A stretch of DNA of 64,000 bases from Bacteroides sp. (GCA_034176395.1 JAXFUC010000011.1:14235-78234); one strand, 5' to 3'; numbered from the stretch's first letter, positions 10,304 to 21,073 are shown. Made by a program: numbers and translations. The notes: generated by a model not told the origin, from the sequence alone.

Positions 10304-10332
10304 TACGATTTTAAGAGCCGATTCGGTTACCC
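10304..10332 (-). promoter_or_regulatory. Putative ECF-sigma promoter for susC (GGGTAACC-N17-CGTA)
   Basis: Minus strand reads GGGTAACC gaatcggctcttaaaat CGTATAA, about 45 bp upstream of the susC ATG; near-identical motif upstream of fecR. Confidence 0.65.
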
Positions 10333-10508
10333 ATCGCTTGCTTTTTTCACAAGAAAATCGAAAGAATTATCTACAATCCACCCGGCGATCGCGCGATAAA
10401 CAACAGAGAAACAGATTATAACACCGACAATCAAGCAATCTAAAAAACATGCGACCGACAAACGGAGCATCGGCCGACCAAACGACGAATGCAAACACTC
10501 GACTCGGT

Positions 10509-10596
10509 GAGTGCCCACACTTTGCGTCCCAAGTGCCTACACTTTGCGACCTAAGTACCCACACTTTGAAACCTAAGTGCCCACACTTTGAAACTT
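10509..10596 (+). repeat. Tandem array of four 22-bp units (core AAGTGCCYACACTTTG)
   Basis: Units start at 10509, 10531, 10553, 10575: gagtgcccacactttgcgtccc / aagtgcctacactttgcgacct / aagtacccacactttgaaacct / aagtgcccacactttgaaactt. Confidence 0.92.
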
Positions 10597-10686
10597 GGAT
10601 ACAGACACCCGCCATGCACCCGTCCTCGTGCCCGGACAAGAATTGTAAATGCTTGGTATAGACAGCACAGTTTCAATAGAAACGAT

Positions 10687-10694
10687 TATCTTTG
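10687..10694 (+). promoter_or_regulatory. Bacteroidota housekeeping promoter -7 element (TATCTTTG)
   Basis: Matches TAnnTTTG, 35 bp upstream of ATG 10729. Confidence 0.6.
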
Positions 10695-10728
10695 CCCATT
10701 CCAAACGATAAATACTCAGTTATCACGT

Positions 10729-11865
10729 ATGTCTATCACCATTCATAAGGTCGTAACCAAGGATGAGCTGAAGAAATTCATCCGCTTCAATTACGAGTTC
10801 TATAAGGACAATCCCTATTCCGTTCCCGATCTCTATCCCGATATGCTCTACACGCTCGACCGCAATAGGAACGCAGCGTTCGAATTCTGCGAGGCCGACT
10901 ACTTCTTAGCCTATCGCGACGGCAAGATTGTAGGCCGGGTGGCAGCCATCATCAACCATCGAGCCAACGAGAAATGGAACACCAAGCACGTTCGCTTCGG
11001 GTGGATAGATTTCGTGGACGACCCCGAAGTATCGACAGCCCTTTTGCAGGCAGTCGAGAATTGGGGCCGCGAACGTGGCATGACCCACATCAACGGCCCA
11101 CTGGGCTTTACCGATTTCGACGCCGAGGGTATGCTCATCGAGGGCTTCGACCAGCTCAGCACGCTGGCCACCATCTACAATCACCCTTACTATCCTCTGC
11201 ACATGGAGCGACTGGGCTTTGAGAAAGACGCCGACTGGGTGGAGTATCAGATTTACATTCCCCAGAGCATCCCCGACAAACATCGACGCATTGCCGAACT
11301 GGTGCAGCAGAAGTACGGTTTGCAGATAAAAAAATACCGCTCGAACAAGAAAATTGCACGTGAATACGGACAGGCCATCTTCGAGCTACTCAACGAGTCT
11401 TACGGCGACTTATACGGCTTCTCGCCCTTGTCGCCACGGCAGATCGAGCACTACATGCGCATGTTCTTGCCCATTGTGGATCTGCGCATGGTGACGCTCA
11501 TCACCGATTCCGAAGGGCTGTTGGTGGGTGTCGGCATTTCGATGCCCTCACTGTCCGAAGCTTTGCAAAAGGCCAAAGGCAAATTGTTTCCCTTGGGCTG
11601 GTTTTATCTCTTCAAAGCCCTCTTCATGAAGCGCAGGGCCAAGATGCTCGATTTGTTGCTGGTGGCCGTGAAACCCGAATATCAAAACAAAGGTGTCAAC
11701 GCCTTGCTGTTTGCCGACCTCATTCCGGTTTATCAGCAATTGGGCTTCACTTATGCCGAAAGCAACCCCGAGTTGGAGCACAATGGCAAGGTGCAAGCCC
11801 AGTGGGACTACTTTGAAACCCGCCAACACAAAAGACGACGAGCCTACATCAAACCCATCGGCTGA
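10729..11865 (+). CDS. GNAT-like N-acetyltransferase (YghO-like)
   Basis: [13 protein letters not shown]...RFGW.DF, GPLGFTD.D.EGML, YNHPYY motifs. The longer ORF-track start (10588) runs through the repeat and lies upstream of the promoter. Confidence 0.75.
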   Translation: MSITIHKVVTKDELKKFIRFNYEFYKDNPYSVPDLYPDMLYTLDRNRNAAFEFCEADYFLAYRDGKIVGRVAAIINHRANEKWNTKHVRFGWIDFVDDPEVSTALLQAVENWGRERGMTHINGPLGFTDFDAEGMLIEGFDQLSTLATIYNHPYYPLHMERLGFEKDADWVEYQIYIPQSIPDKHRRIAELVQQKYGLQIKKYRSNKKIAREYGQAIFELLNESYGDLYGFSPLSPRQIEHYMRMFLPIVDLRMVTLITDSEGLLVGVGISMPSLSEALQKAKGKLFPLGWFYLFKALFMKRRAKMLDLLLVAVKPEYQNKGVNALLFADLIPVYQQLGFTYAESNPELEHNGKVQAQWDYFETRQHKRRRAYIKPIG

Positions 11866-11926
11866 ATACCGATCGAAGACCTCTCGCCCGCTATCACCCT
11901 TCTCTCATCAATCGGACATCGAACAT

Positions 11927-13795
11927 ATGGAACACCTCAATACGCCTATCCAAGAGTCGGTTGCCTACACCGACGACAACATTCGCCACCTCAGCGACAT
12001 GGAGCACGTGCGTACACGCCCGGGCATGTACATCGGTCGGCTGGGAGATGGAGCGCATGTCGAGGACGGCATCTACGTCCTACTCAAGGAAGTGATGGAC
12101 AACAGTATCGACGAGTTCAAGATGAATGCCGGCAAACGCATTGAGATTGTCGTCGAAGACCAGCTGCGCGCCAGCGTTCGCGACTACGGTCGAGGCATTC
12201 CTCAAGGCAAGCTCATCGAGGCCGTAAGTGTGCTCAACACCGGAGGTAAGTACGACAGCAAAGCATTCAAAAAAAGCGTGGGCCTCAACGGCGTGGGTGT
12301 CAAGGCCGTCAACGCTTTGAGCATACGATTCGAAGTGCGCAGTTATCGCGACGGCCAGGTGCGTACGGCCATCTTCTCCAAAGGGATTCTACAAAGCGAT
12401 GAAACCCGCCCCACGAACGAGGAGAACGGAACGTTCATCTTCTTCCAGCCCGACGATACGCTCTTTACCGGCTATCGTTTCCGAGAGGAGTTCATCGAAA
12501 CCATGTTGAGAAACTATACCTATCTCAACACCGGCCTTACCATATTATATAACGGGCAACGAATCCTATCGCGCAACGGCCTTGCCGATTTGCTGAACGA
12601 CAACATGACTTCCAACGGGCTGTACCCAACGATACACCTCAAAGGCGAAGACATCGAGATCGCTTTCACCCACACCGGACAATATGGCGAAGAATACTAC
12701 TCCTTTGTCAACGGGCAACACACCACCCAAGGCGGCACGCACCAAAGTGCATTCAAAGAACACATAGCACGCACCATCAAAGAATTCTTCAACAAAAACC
12801 AGGATTATACCGACATTCGCAACGGGCTGGTGGCAGCCATTGCCATCAATGTGGAAGAGCCGATATTCGAGAGTCAAACCAAGACCAAACTGGGCTCTAC
12901 CAACATTGCGGCCGGAGGCATCAGCGTGAACAAACACGTGGGCGACTTTGTGAAGCAAGAGGTAGACAACTACCTGCATAAGCATGGCGACGTGGCCGAG
13001 GTCATGCTACAAAAGATTCAAGAATCCGAGAAAGAACGGAAGGCCATTGCCGGCGTCACCAAGTTGGCTCGCGAGCGTGCCAAGAAAGCCAATCTGCACA
13101 ATCGCAAGCTAAGAGATTGCCGCGTACACCTCAACGACCCCAAGAGCAAGGAGCTGGCCGAAGAGTCGTGTATCTTCATCACCGAGGGCGACTCGGCCAG
13201 CGGTTCCATCACCAAGAGCAGAGATGTCAACACTCAGGCCGTGTTCAGCCTGCGGGGAAAACCACTGAATACGTTTGGATTGACCAAAAAGGTGGTATAC
13301 GAGAACGAAGAGTTCAACCTGCTGCAAGCGGCACTCAACATCGAAGAAGGTTTGGACGGACTGCGCTACAACAAAGTGATTGTGGCCACCGATGCCGATG
13401 TGGACGGTATGCACATCCGCCTGCTACTCATCACTTTCTTCTTGCAATTCTTCCCCGACCTTATCAAAAAAGGCCATGTGCACATCCTGCAAACTCCTCT
13501 TTTCCGGGTGCGCAACAAGCGAAAGACCATCTACTGCTACACCGAGGACGAACGCATCAACGCCATAGCAGAGTTGGGGCCCAACCCGGAAATAACGCGT
13601 TTCAAGGGTCTGGGCGAAATCTCCGCCGACGAATTCGGGCACTTCATAGGCAAAGATATGCGTCTTGAACAGGTGACCCTTCGCAAAACCGATGCGGTGA
13701 AAGACCTCTTGGAATTCTATATGGGGAAGAACACCTCGGAAAGACAAAACTTTATCATCGACAACTTAGTAATCGAAGAAGATTTAGCCTCATGA
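11927..13795 (+). CDS. parE: DNA topoisomerase IV subunit B
   Basis: [16 protein letters not shown] ATPase [35 protein letters not shown] and DADVDG; start at MEHLNT. Confidence 0.93.
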   Translation: MEHLNTPIQESVAYTDDNIRHLSDMEHVRTRPGMYIGRLGDGAHVEDGIYVLLKEVMDNSIDEFKMNAGKRIEIVVEDQLRASVRDYGRGIPQGKLIEAVSVLNTGGKYDSKAFKKSVGLNGVGVKAVNALSIRFEVRSYRDGQVRTAIFSKGILQSDETRPTNEENGTFIFFQPDDTLFTGYRFREEFIETMLRNYTYLNTGLTILYNGQRILSRNGLADLLNDNMTSNGLYPTIHLKGEDIEIAFTHTGQYGEEYYSFVNGQHTTQGGTHQSAFKEHIARTIKEFFNKNQDYTDIRNGLVAAIAINVEEPIFESQTKTKLGSTNIAAGGISVNKHVGDFVKQEVDNYLHKHGDVAEVMLQKIQESEKERKAIAGVTKLARERAKKANLHNRKLRDCRVHLNDPKSKELAEESCIFITEGDSASGSITKSRDVNTQAVFSLRGKPLNTFGLTKKVVYENEEFNLLQAALNIEEGLDGLRYNKVIVATDADVDGMHIRLLLITFFLQFFPDLIKKGHVHILQTPLFRVRNKRKTIYCYTEDERINAIAELGPNPEITRFKGLGEISADEFGHFIGKDMRLEQVTLRKTDAVKDLLEFYMGKNTSERQNFIIDNLVIEEDLAS

Positions 13796-14247
13796 CACGC
13801 CGCGCCATATTCCCCGGAACATTCGACCCATTCACCGTAGGCCATGCCTCTATCGTCAACAGGAGCCTTGGGTTTATGGACGAACTCATCATCGGAATAG
13901 GAATCAACGAAAACAAAAACACCTATTTCCCTATCGAGAAACGCGAAGAGATGATACGCCGACTCTATGCCCATGAGCCACGAGTGAAGGTGGTGAGCTA
14001 CGACAACCTTACGGTAGATCTGGCCAAACAATGGGAAGCCCGCTTTATCATACGTGGCATTCGCACGGTGAAAGACTTTGAGTACGAAGAGACCATCGCC
14101 GACATCAATCGCAAGCTCGAGGGCATCGAGACCATACTCCTCTTCACCGAGCCCGAGCTTACCTGCGTCAGCTCTAGCGTGGTGCGCGAGCTACTGAGCT
14201 TCGGCAAAGACATCAGCCGTTTTCTACCCGAAGGCATGACCATCTGA
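13792..14247 (+). CDS. coaD: Pantetheine-phosphate adenylyltransferase
   Basis: [31 protein letters not shown] motifs; overlaps the parE stop by 4 bp. Confidence 0.96.
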   Translation: MTRRAIFPGTFDPFTVGHASIVNRSLGFMDELIIGIGINENKNTYFPIEKREEMIRRLYAHEPRVKVVSYDNLTVDLAKQWEARFIIRGIRTVKDFEYEETIADINRKLEGIETILLFTEPELTCVSSSVVRELLSFGKDISRFLPEGMTI

Positions 14248-14259
14248 TCCTCCCGACGC

Positions 14260-14790
14260 ATGAAGTCATCCGCTCACAATCACCCAACCCACGACACGTT
14301 CGATCAAACGTTTCAACAGTGGTATGAGCCGTTGGTCTACTTTGCCCACTACTTTACCAAGGACCTTGAAGTGGCCAAAGATTTGGTGAGCGATGCCTTC
14401 GAATACCTATGGGTCAACAACGAACGTCTCGACCCCACCACCGTCAAAGCCTATCTCTACTCCATCGTCAGGGCGCGGTGTATCGACCATCTGCGAAAGA
14501 AAGACATCCATGAACGCTACATCGACTTTGCCACCGAGCTAAGCCAACACTTGGCCGAACGGCAAGTGGACAGTGACGAGCCTCGCATTGCAGCCATTCG
14601 CCGAGCGATGCAAAAACTCACCCCCTACAATGCCCACATTCTGGAAGAATGCTATTTGAACAATAAGAAATATAAGGAAGTGGCCCAGCAACTCAATGTC
14701 AGCGTGGCAGCCATCCACAAAAATATCGTCAAAGCACTGCGCATTCTACGGCAAGAATTAACCGAGCAGGGTAACCAAAAGGCTACTTAG
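14260..14790 (+). CDS. ECF-type RNA polymerase sigma-70 factor (Bacteroidota SusC-associated type)
   Basis: Region 2 (AKDLVSDAF..LW, YLYSIVRARCIDHLR) and region 4 HTH (YKEVAQQLNVSVAAIHKNI); precedes fecR. Confidence 0.9.
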   Translation: MKSSAHNHPTHDTFDQTFQQWYEPLVYFAHYFTKDLEVAKDLVSDAFEYLWVNNERLDPTTVKAYLYSIVRARCIDHLRKKDIHERYIDFATELSQHLAERQVDSDEPRIAAIRRAMQKLTPYNAHILEECYLNNKKYKEVAQQLNVSVAAIHKNIVKALRILRQELTEQGNQKAT

Positions 14791-14796
14791 TTCGTA
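14769..14796 (+). promoter_or_regulatory. Putative ECF-sigma promoter for fecR (GGGTAACC-N16-CGTA)
   Basis: GGGTAACC aaaaggctacttagtt CGTATTAA overlaps the sigma gene 3' end, about 35 bp upstream of ATG 14832. Confidence 0.65.
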
Positions 14797-14831
14797 TTAA
14801 CTTATATGTTCCCTTGAAAAGAAACTCGGTA

Positions 14832-15998
14832 ATGAACGAAGAAATACTCTCCATCAGCCCTTCGGAGGAAAGAGCCATCGACCTCATGCAGGCGACGTCG
14901 GACATCGACCTCGAACAGTCGGAGCAGCTGCCACCCGATGCCGACAGTCTGGAGGCCTGTCTCGACATTGCCGAGATTCAACTCTTCCTTCAGCAACAAC
15001 GGCACCCCTTGCCGCTGAACACAGCCGAGGAACTGAGAAAGTTCCACCAAAAACAACAGAAAGCACCTGCTCGCACCACCTTGTATCGTTGGCTCATACC
15101 GGCCTTGACCGCGGCAGCTTCGTTGCTACTCCTTTGGCTCGTCCGCATCGACAAGCCGCAACCCATGCAACAACCCACGCCCATCGCCGTATTCCGTGCC
15201 GACACATCGGCCGCCAAGCATCCGCTACTCACCACTTTTGAGCAAGACACCGAACAGGGAATCACCTGCCCCACCTCCACCGACGCAGGCACCTACCTAC
15301 ACGATTCCAAGCTCGACTATCGCAACCTACAAGCCACCACGACCCTCTACGAAGGGAAAAACCGCATCCACCGGCTGAGCATACCACGCGGCGAAACCTT
15401 CAGCGTCCTCTTGTCCGACGGCACCGAGGTTTATCTCAACACTGACAGCCGCCTCACCTACCCCGCAGTTTTCAAAGGCAATCGCCGCATAGTGAAACTC
15501 GAGGGCGAAGCCTACTTCAACGTAGCCAAGGATGCTACACGCCCATTCATCGTCGAAACCGGTAACCTACAAGTGGAGGTCTTGGGCACCGAATTCGATA
15601 TATGTAACTACGGCAACCTGCCGGCACGCATCACTCTCTTGACCGGACAGGTGGCTGTGAAGGATGCCGACAACGCCGAGCTTACCTATATGAAACCGGG
15701 CGAAAGCCTACAAATAGACCAAGACGGTACACGTACCCTGACACAAATAGACCCCGAAGCCAATATCTATTGGCGCGAAGGCTACTTCTACTTTGACAAT
15801 GTCACGCTGGCCGAAATGATGCAAGAAATCGGACGTTGGTACAATATCGACGTGGATATAGCCAACGAGCAGCTCACCGCCCTACGCCTACATTTCTTCG
15901 CCAACCGTAAACAAGGCATCGAGCAAGTTATTACCCAGCTCAACCGTATGGAAAGCATCCATGCACGGCTGGAGAATGGCAAGCTCCTCATCCATTGA
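14832..15998 (+). CDS. FecR-family anti-sigma factor
   Basis: Single TM segment; LSIPRGETFSVLLSDGTEVYLN..S.L.YP, LEGEAYFNV and VLGTEF FecR motifs; DUF4974-like C-terminus. ATG 14832 preferred over TTG 14814. Confidence 0.9.
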   Translation: MNEEILSISPSEERAIDLMQATSDIDLEQSEQLPPDADSLEACLDIAEIQLFLQQQRHPLPLNTAEELRKFHQKQQKAPARTTLYRWLIPALTAAASLLLLWLVRIDKPQPMQQPTPIAVFRADTSAAKHPLLTTFEQDTEQGITCPTSTDAGTYLHDSKLDYRNLQATTTLYEGKNRIHRLSIPRGETFSVLLSDGTEVYLNTDSRLTYPAVFKGNRRIVKLEGEAYFNVAKDATRPFIVETGNLQVEVLGTEFDICNYGNLPARITLLTGQVAVKDADNAELTYMKPGESLQIDQDGTRTLTQIDPEANIYWREGYFYFDNVTLAEMMQEIGRWYNIDVDIANEQLTALRLHFFANRKQGIEQVITQLNRMESIHARLENGKLLIH

Positions 15999-16164
15999 CC
16001 GCGTGCCGGGCTTCTGCACTTTCCATTCCTACCCTCAGCAAGCCCCAAGCACCGCTCCCCACAAATAGGTAGCGAGCATGGAAATTCGTACCTACTTCTC
16101 GCTATTTTCGCCCCCTCATCCACAGAAAAAAAACGACCCACTACTTCGTAGTAAAGGAAACATG

Positions 16165-16172
16165 TACTTTTG
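16165..16172 (+). promoter_or_regulatory. Housekeeping promoter -7 element (TACTTTTG)
   Basis: TAnnTTTG match 44 bp upstream of the TonB receptor ATG. Confidence 0.6.
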
Positions 16173-16215
16173 TATCGCATTTTTAACACACACATATATC
16201 CCTTTCTATTGAACT

Positions 16216-18765
16216 ATGAAACAAATCGTGCTTGCCCTTTTCGCGGCTTTGCTTAGCATCGGTCTGCTGCATGCAGAAGAAAACAATTCCAAACCCAAAA
16301 CAGATGCCCACATCGTGGGACACGTCATTGACCAGGCCACCGGCGAACACATACCGGGTGTAAGCATTCTCATCAAAGGCACAACCATAGGCACTGTGAC
16401 CGACCAAACGGGTCACTACCGAATGATCAACTTGCCCGTAGGAACCAAAACGTTGGTGATGAAAGCCATCGGCTACAAGACTCAAGAGCGAACCGTAGAA
16501 GTGAAACGCGGTGTGACCTTGGAAATCAATTTCCATTTGGAGGAAGACATTGCAGCACTCGACGCAGTGGTCGTATCGGCCAACCGCACCGAAACCACCC
16601 GTCGCCTGGCTCCCACACTCGTAAACGTTATCGACACCAAGCTGTTTGCGGCTTCCAATGCCAACAACCTGGCACAAGGCGTAATCTTCCAACCCGGGGT
16701 GCGCGTGGAAAACAACTGTCAGAACTGTGGCTTCAACCAAGTGCGCATCAACGGAATGGACGGACGCTATACACAAATCCTCATCGACTCACGCCCCATC
16801 ATGAGTGCCTTGGCAGGCGTTTACGGGCTGGAACAGATACCCACCAACATGATCGAGCGTGTGGAAGTAGTACGCGGAGGAGGCTCGGCCCTCTTCGGCT
16901 CATCGGCCATTGCAGGGGTGTTGAACATCATCACCAAAGAGCCTACACAGAATTCGTTCATGGTCAACGAATCATTGGGCTTCACCGGCATGAAGAAACT
17001 CGATAACAATCTCTCTTTCAACGGCTCACTTGTCAGCGACGACCAACGCGCCGGTGCCATGTTCTTCGGACAAATGAGAAAGCGCGCCGCTTGGGACAAA
17101 GACGGAGATGGCTTCTCCGAACTGGGAGAGATCGACGCCCGATCGCTGGGAACACATTTGTATTTCCGCCCATCCGACTACAGTCGCATCACTGCCGAAG
17201 TACACGGAATACAGGAAGACAGAAGAGGTGGCGACCACGTAGACGAGGCTTGGCCCGAACACGTGGCTGCCGTGGCCGAGGCCACCAGACACTCGGTGTA
17301 CAGCGGCAATGTCAAATACGATCTGCGTTCGGCCGACACGAAACATCACTTCCAAGCCTACGCATCCTCACAACTTGTCAATCGTAAGAGCTACTACGGA
17401 GGTATAGGCGATTTGGAAGGACACGGAACATTGGGCAAGCCCATCGTTCCCTCCAAGTATGGCATCAACTACGGCGTCACCAAAGGACAAACCCATATGG
17501 GAGGCTTGCAATATTCTTACGATTTTGACCGCTTCCTCTTTATGCCCGCCCAAATCTTGGTGGGTGCAGAGTACACACACGATCGCCTGAACGACGTGAT
17601 GCCCATCCGTAGCTGGATAGTATCGAAAACCGGCGAAGCCATGTATCCCGAGCTGAAACAACGCATCAACAACTGGAGCCAGTTTGCCCAACTGGAGTGG
17701 AAGAATGCGCGCTGGAGCCTACTCATGGGTGTTCGTGTGGACGAGCATTCGGAAGTTAAGAAGGCCATCCTTAGCCCTCGTGCCACTTTGCGCTACAACC
17801 CCACTCAAGACATCAATTTGCGAGCCACCTATGCCAAAGGCTTCCGTGCACCCCAAGTCTTTGACGAAGACCTGCACGTGGGCGTAGTGGGAGGCGAAGC
17901 ACAAAAGGTCTTCAACGTATCCAACCTCAGACCCGAGGTAAGTCACGCCTTCAGCTTGAGCGCAGACCTCTATCGCCGTTTCGGAGAGGTTCAAACCAAC
18001 CTCTTGGTCGAAGGCTTCTATACACGCCTCACCGATGTGTTCACCCTTCAAGAGCTGGACAACCGGAACGATGGCATCAAACGCTACAACCGCACCAACG
18101 GAAGCGGCGCCAAAATCATGGGTGCCAATGTGGAAGGTAAGCTGGCTTTCCGCCGCATCCAACTGCAAGCCGGCCTCACACTGACCTCCAGCAAATTCGA
18201 CCAAGAAGAAGAATGGGGCGAACGCACCCTGCTCACTACCACCGATGGGCTGCCGGCCAAAGACGGTTCGAACTTCAAGAAAGATGCCGACGGAGTGTTT
18301 GAAACCGAGAAACAAAACAGCCGTGAGATGCTACGCACTCCCAACACCTACGGCTACTTCACCCTGGGCTGGAATCCCACCAATGCTTTGACTCTCGCAC
18401 TGACCGGCACTTATACCGGCACAATGAAAGTACACCACGAGATTGAGTGGGGCGTAGGTTCGGCCTTGACAGACATTCAAGCCATCGCCAACGGTACACG
18501 CACAGCGGGCGTAGTGGATGCAAGCAACAGCGCACCTCGCTGGGACGAGCTTGTCAACACCCCATCGTTCTTCGACTTGGGCGCCAAAGCCAGCTATGAC
18601 TTTGCCCTCACCTCGGCCACTCGCCTACAACTGTATGCCGGCATGAACAACCTCTTCAATTCGTTCCAAAAAGACTTCGATCGAGGTGCCAGCCGTGCCA
18701 GTGGCTACATCTACGGGCCTACTCAGCCCCGAAGTTTCTACATGGGTTGTAAATTTAGTTTCTAA
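16216..18765 (+). CDS. TonB-dependent receptor (non-SusC, CirA/FepA-like) with CxxC in the plug
   Basis: Signal peptide, carboxypeptidase-regulatory-like domain, RVENNCQNCGFNQVRING, IERVEVVRGGGSALFGSSAIAGVLNIITK, C-terminal Phe; no SusD follows. Confidence 0.92.
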   Translation: MKQIVLALFAALLSIGLLHAEENNSKPKTDAHIVGHVIDQATGEHIPGVSILIKGTTIGTVTDQTGHYRMINLPVGTKTLVMKAIGYKTQERTVEVKRGVTLEINFHLEEDIAALDAVVVSANRTETTRRLAPTLVNVIDTKLFAASNANNLAQGVIFQPGVRVENNCQNCGFNQVRINGMDGRYTQILIDSRPIMSALAGVYGLEQIPTNMIERVEVVRGGGSALFGSSAIAGVLNIITKEPTQNSFMVNESLGFTGMKKLDNNLSFNGSLVSDDQRAGAMFFGQMRKRAAWDKDGDGFSELGEIDARSLGTHLYFRPSDYSRITAEVHGIQEDRRGGDHVDEAWPEHVAAVAEATRHSVYSGNVKYDLRSADTKHHFQAYASSQLVNRKSYYGGIGDLEGHGTLGKPIVPSKYGINYGVTKGQTHMGGLQYSYDFDRFLFMPAQILVGAEYTHDRLNDVMPIRSWIVSKTGEAMYPELKQRINNWSQFAQLEWKNARWSLLMGVRVDEHSEVKKAILSPRATLRYNPTQDINLRATYAKGFRAPQVFDEDLHVGVVGGEAQKVFNVSNLRPEVSHAFSLSADLYRRFGEVQTNLLVEGFYTRLTDVFTLQELDNRNDGIKRYNRTNGSGAKIMGANVEGKLAFRRIQLQAGLTLTSSKFDQEEEWGERTLLTTTDGLPAKDGSNFKKDADGVFETEKQNSREMLRTPNTYGYFTLGWNPTNALTLALTGTYTGTMKVHHEIEWGVGSALTDIQAIANGTRTAGVVDASNSAPRWDELVNTPSFFDLGAKASYDFALTSATRLQLYAGMNNLFNSFQKDFDRGASRASGYIYGPTQPRSFYMGCKFSF

Positions 18766-18792
18766 TCACCATTTTTATTCTGTATTGTTCGC

Positions 18793-18830
18793 AAAAGGCT
18801 CGGCAATCGCCACGATTGTCGGGCCTTTTT
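18793..18830 (+). terminator. Rho-independent terminator after TonB receptor
   Basis: AAAAGGCTCGGCAATCG-cca-CGATTGTCGGGCCTTTTT stem (G-U pairs) with T-run. Confidence 0.8.
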
Positions 18831-19216
18831 CTTTGAACATAAAACGCTTGTTCGCACCCCTCTCTTCTTACGGCCTCCCCGCTCGAACAAGCAAGCATTG
18901 CGAGCGACAACACCTCGCGTACAATGGTCGCACACCCTTGGGAAAATCCTGAAGTAAAGGTTCCGACAACATCCATTGTGCTTGATTCAAGAGCGTTCAA
19001 GGCATGAACCGTACAGTTCAACATTCGGGATATACAACCCAAGTCACGAACGTTAAGAATCGCAGTACGATCGGTATTCGAGGCTCGATGCCCAGAGAAA
19101 AACAAGCCCACTTGCAACGATTTGCCACACGGCGTTCCGGCAGTATCCCTCGACATCTATGGTTCGAGGAGCTTGACTGTGCTCGTCTGCACCCAATCGT
19201 TCGAGAGTCGGTAAAC

Positions 19217-19256
19217 AAAAAGCGATGCCCCGACTTGCTCGTCGAGACATCGCTTT
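19217..19256 (-). terminator. Probable terminator after thioredoxin gene
   Basis: AAAGCGATG..CGAC-ttgctc-GTCG..CATCGCTTT hairpin, followed by a T-run on the minus strand. Confidence 0.6.
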
Positions 19257-19278
19257 CCTATGGGGATATAAGGGGAGC

Positions 19279-20379
19279 TTACAGGCCTCGCTCCAGCATC
19301 ATCAGCGGATAGGGCACACGGCTCAATTGCTCCACCGTCATCTCGGGCAAGAGGTTTCTCACGAAACGCACGGCCTTGCGACGAACTTCTTTGTCTTCGG
19401 TGGTGATGAGTGTTCCCAAATTGCTAATCAACATACCGCGTTGCTCGTTGTCCATAACCGGATACAGTTCTTCGCAAAGAGCCAAGAAAGCGGCTTGGTC
19501 GCCTTGCACATACGAGTCGTTGAGGCGGAACAGCAGGTTGTACCAACCGTCGGCGTTCAGTCCTTTTTCGCCAATCTCGGTCTTCAACGCTTCGTATGCC
19601 GCAGCATCGTAGGGCATTTGTCGCATCACGAACGCATACATACGTTTACGATACAAAGCACTCACCACCTCGGTCACTTCTTTGCGGTGTTCTTCGGGCA
19701 CTTGGGCCAAACGAGAAGAGATAAAGGCTGCGGCGGGAGTGGTGGTAGAACGAAGAAAGCGACGGTAAATAAACATATTGTCGGCAGCCATTCTTTCCAC
19801 CTCATTCAGCCCGGCGAAGTATTCGTCCACCACACTGTAAGCCTGCTTCACAGCCTCGTCGTGGCCGTTCTCACGTTCGGACAGCAAGAGTTCCACATAA
19901 GCCACAAGTAGTTGGGGCGTGCGCTCACCGCCTTGATAGCGTTGCTTCAGTCGCTCGGGCGAGGCATCGGGGTTGAGAAATCTTTCCAATTCGGCCAATA
20001 GATTCTCGGCTGTCCCCCCTCCCACTTTGGTGTAGACCACCTCGCGATTGGCATTCAGGATGAGAAATGTGGGATATGCATTTACTTTGTACAGCTCAGC
20101 CTGTTCTTTGCCTTCTTTCTCAGCGTTCAATTTAAGGCTGACGAAGTGCTTGTTCATATAGTCGCCCACCTGTGGCTGTGGGAACACCTTTTGCGCCATC
20201 ATGCGACATGGGCCGCACCAATCGGTGTAAAAGTCTACAAACACCAGCTTGCCCTCTTGGGCAGCGGCCGTGAATGCTTCATCGAATGTAAGGGAACGAA
20301 AGTTCGTTTGTCCCATCGCGGCAACCGCCAAACAAGAGAGTACGGCTGCAAAGAGTTGTTTCTTCAAATGTTTCATCAA
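19279..20379 (-). CDS. Exported thioredoxin-domain protein (WCGPC) with helical C-terminal region
   Basis: Signal peptide, LVFVDFYTDWCGPC, VNAYPTFL cis-Pro loop. Confidence 0.85.
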   Translation of the reverse strand: MMKHLKKQLFAAVLSCLAVAAMGQTNFRSLTFDEAFTAAAQEGKLVFVDFYTDWCGPCRMMAQKVFPQPQVGDYMNKHFVSLKLNAEKEGKEQAELYKVNAYPTFLILNANREVVYTKVGGGTAENLLAELERFLNPDASPERLKQRYQGGERTPQLLVAYVELLLSERENGHDEAVKQAYSVVDEYFAGLNEVERMAADNMFIYRRFLRSTTTPAAAFISSRLAQVPEEHRKEVTEVVSALYRKRMYAFVMRQMPYDAAAYEALKTEIGEKGLNADGWYNLLFRLNDSYVQGDQAAFLALCEELYPVMDNEQRGMLISNLGTLITTEDKEVRRKAVRFVRNLLPEMTVEQLSRVPYPLMMLERGL

Positions 20380-20452
20380 TCTTTCGGTTTTATTAGAGTT
20401 GGTATCTTGATTCGGTGAGGTTTTCTATTCGGCTCAGCGGAGTAGGAAGGTT

Positions 20453-21022
20453 TCAAGGTTCGACGGCTGCAATTCCCATTCGGTCGGCCAAATGCCACAG
20501 CACGATGCCTGCGGCCACCGATACGTTCAAGGAGTGCTTTGTGCCATATTGCGGTATCTCCAAACTTCCCACACAAGCATCGACCACCTGTTGCTGCACG
20601 CCTTTCACCTCGTTGCCCAGCACCACTGCGCAAGGCGTGTGCGGGGCGGGCGAAAACCTATTGAGCAGGGTGCTGTTGCGAGTTTGCTCCACCGCATAGA
20701 CGGCATAGCCCCGGGCAGCGAGCCGATGGACCACTTCCAAGGTCGACTCGGCATACTCCCACTTCACAGTATGTTCGGCTCCCAATGCCGTTTTGTGGAT
20801 CTCGGCTTGCGGAGGCGTGGCCGTGATGCCGCAAAGATAAAGACGTTCGATTCGGAAGGCATCGGCCGTACGAAACACCGAGCCTATGTTGTGCAGGCTA
20901 CGCACATTGTCGAGTACCACGACCAAGGGGAGTTTAGAACTCTGCTCGTAGGCCTCGGGCGAGATGCGATTCAGTTCTTCGATTTCAAGTTTCTGCTTAT
21001 CTGCAATCGGGGTGGCGGTCAT
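20453..21022 (-). CDS. TrmH/SpoU family RNA methyltransferase
   Basis: LDNVRSLHNIGSVFRTADAF, VLGNEVKGV, IPQYGTKHSLNVSVAAGI SPOUT motifs. Confidence 0.92.
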   Translation of the reverse strand: MTATPIADKQKLEIEELNRISPEAYEQSSKLPLVVVLDNVRSLHNIGSVFRTADAFRIERLYLCGITATPPQAEIHKTALGAEHTVKWEYAESTLEVVHRLAARGYAVYAVEQTRNSTLLNRFSPAPHTPCAVVLGNEVKGVQQQVVDACVGSLEIPQYGTKHSLNVSVAAGIVLWHLADRMGIAAVEP

Positions 21023-21073
21023 TTTGCGCTGTGCTTTGAACGGTTTATGGGTGAGGAGCAGTGACTTGGCTCA

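Noticed and set aside
6927-10500. SusC shufflon or invertible promoter
   Set aside because: No recombinase in the window, and I found no inverted repeats flanking the promoter or shared between the three susC genes by eye. A computational repeat search would be needed to exclude it fully.
10509-10596. 22-bp array as a CRISPR array
   Set aside because: Units are contiguous with only about 6 variable nt, so there are no spacer-length unique sequences, and no cas genes are present.
10449-10661. Small ORFs over the repeat arrays (also 35372-35623), sharing VPTLCDLS
   Set aside because: The shared peptide is a by-product of the DNA repeat; there is no other coding evidence, and 35372-35623 lies upstream of the DUF1304 promoter.
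15999-16215. Cobalamin or TPP riboswitch upstream of TonB receptors (also 57330-57760)
   Set aside because: No recognisable conserved riboswitch cores, and the putative 5' UTRs are only about 30-45 nt.
18922-18933. 12-mer CAATGGTCGCAC also at 24579-24590
   Set aside because: The match does not extend on either side, and a single 12-mer pair is too weak to call a repeat.
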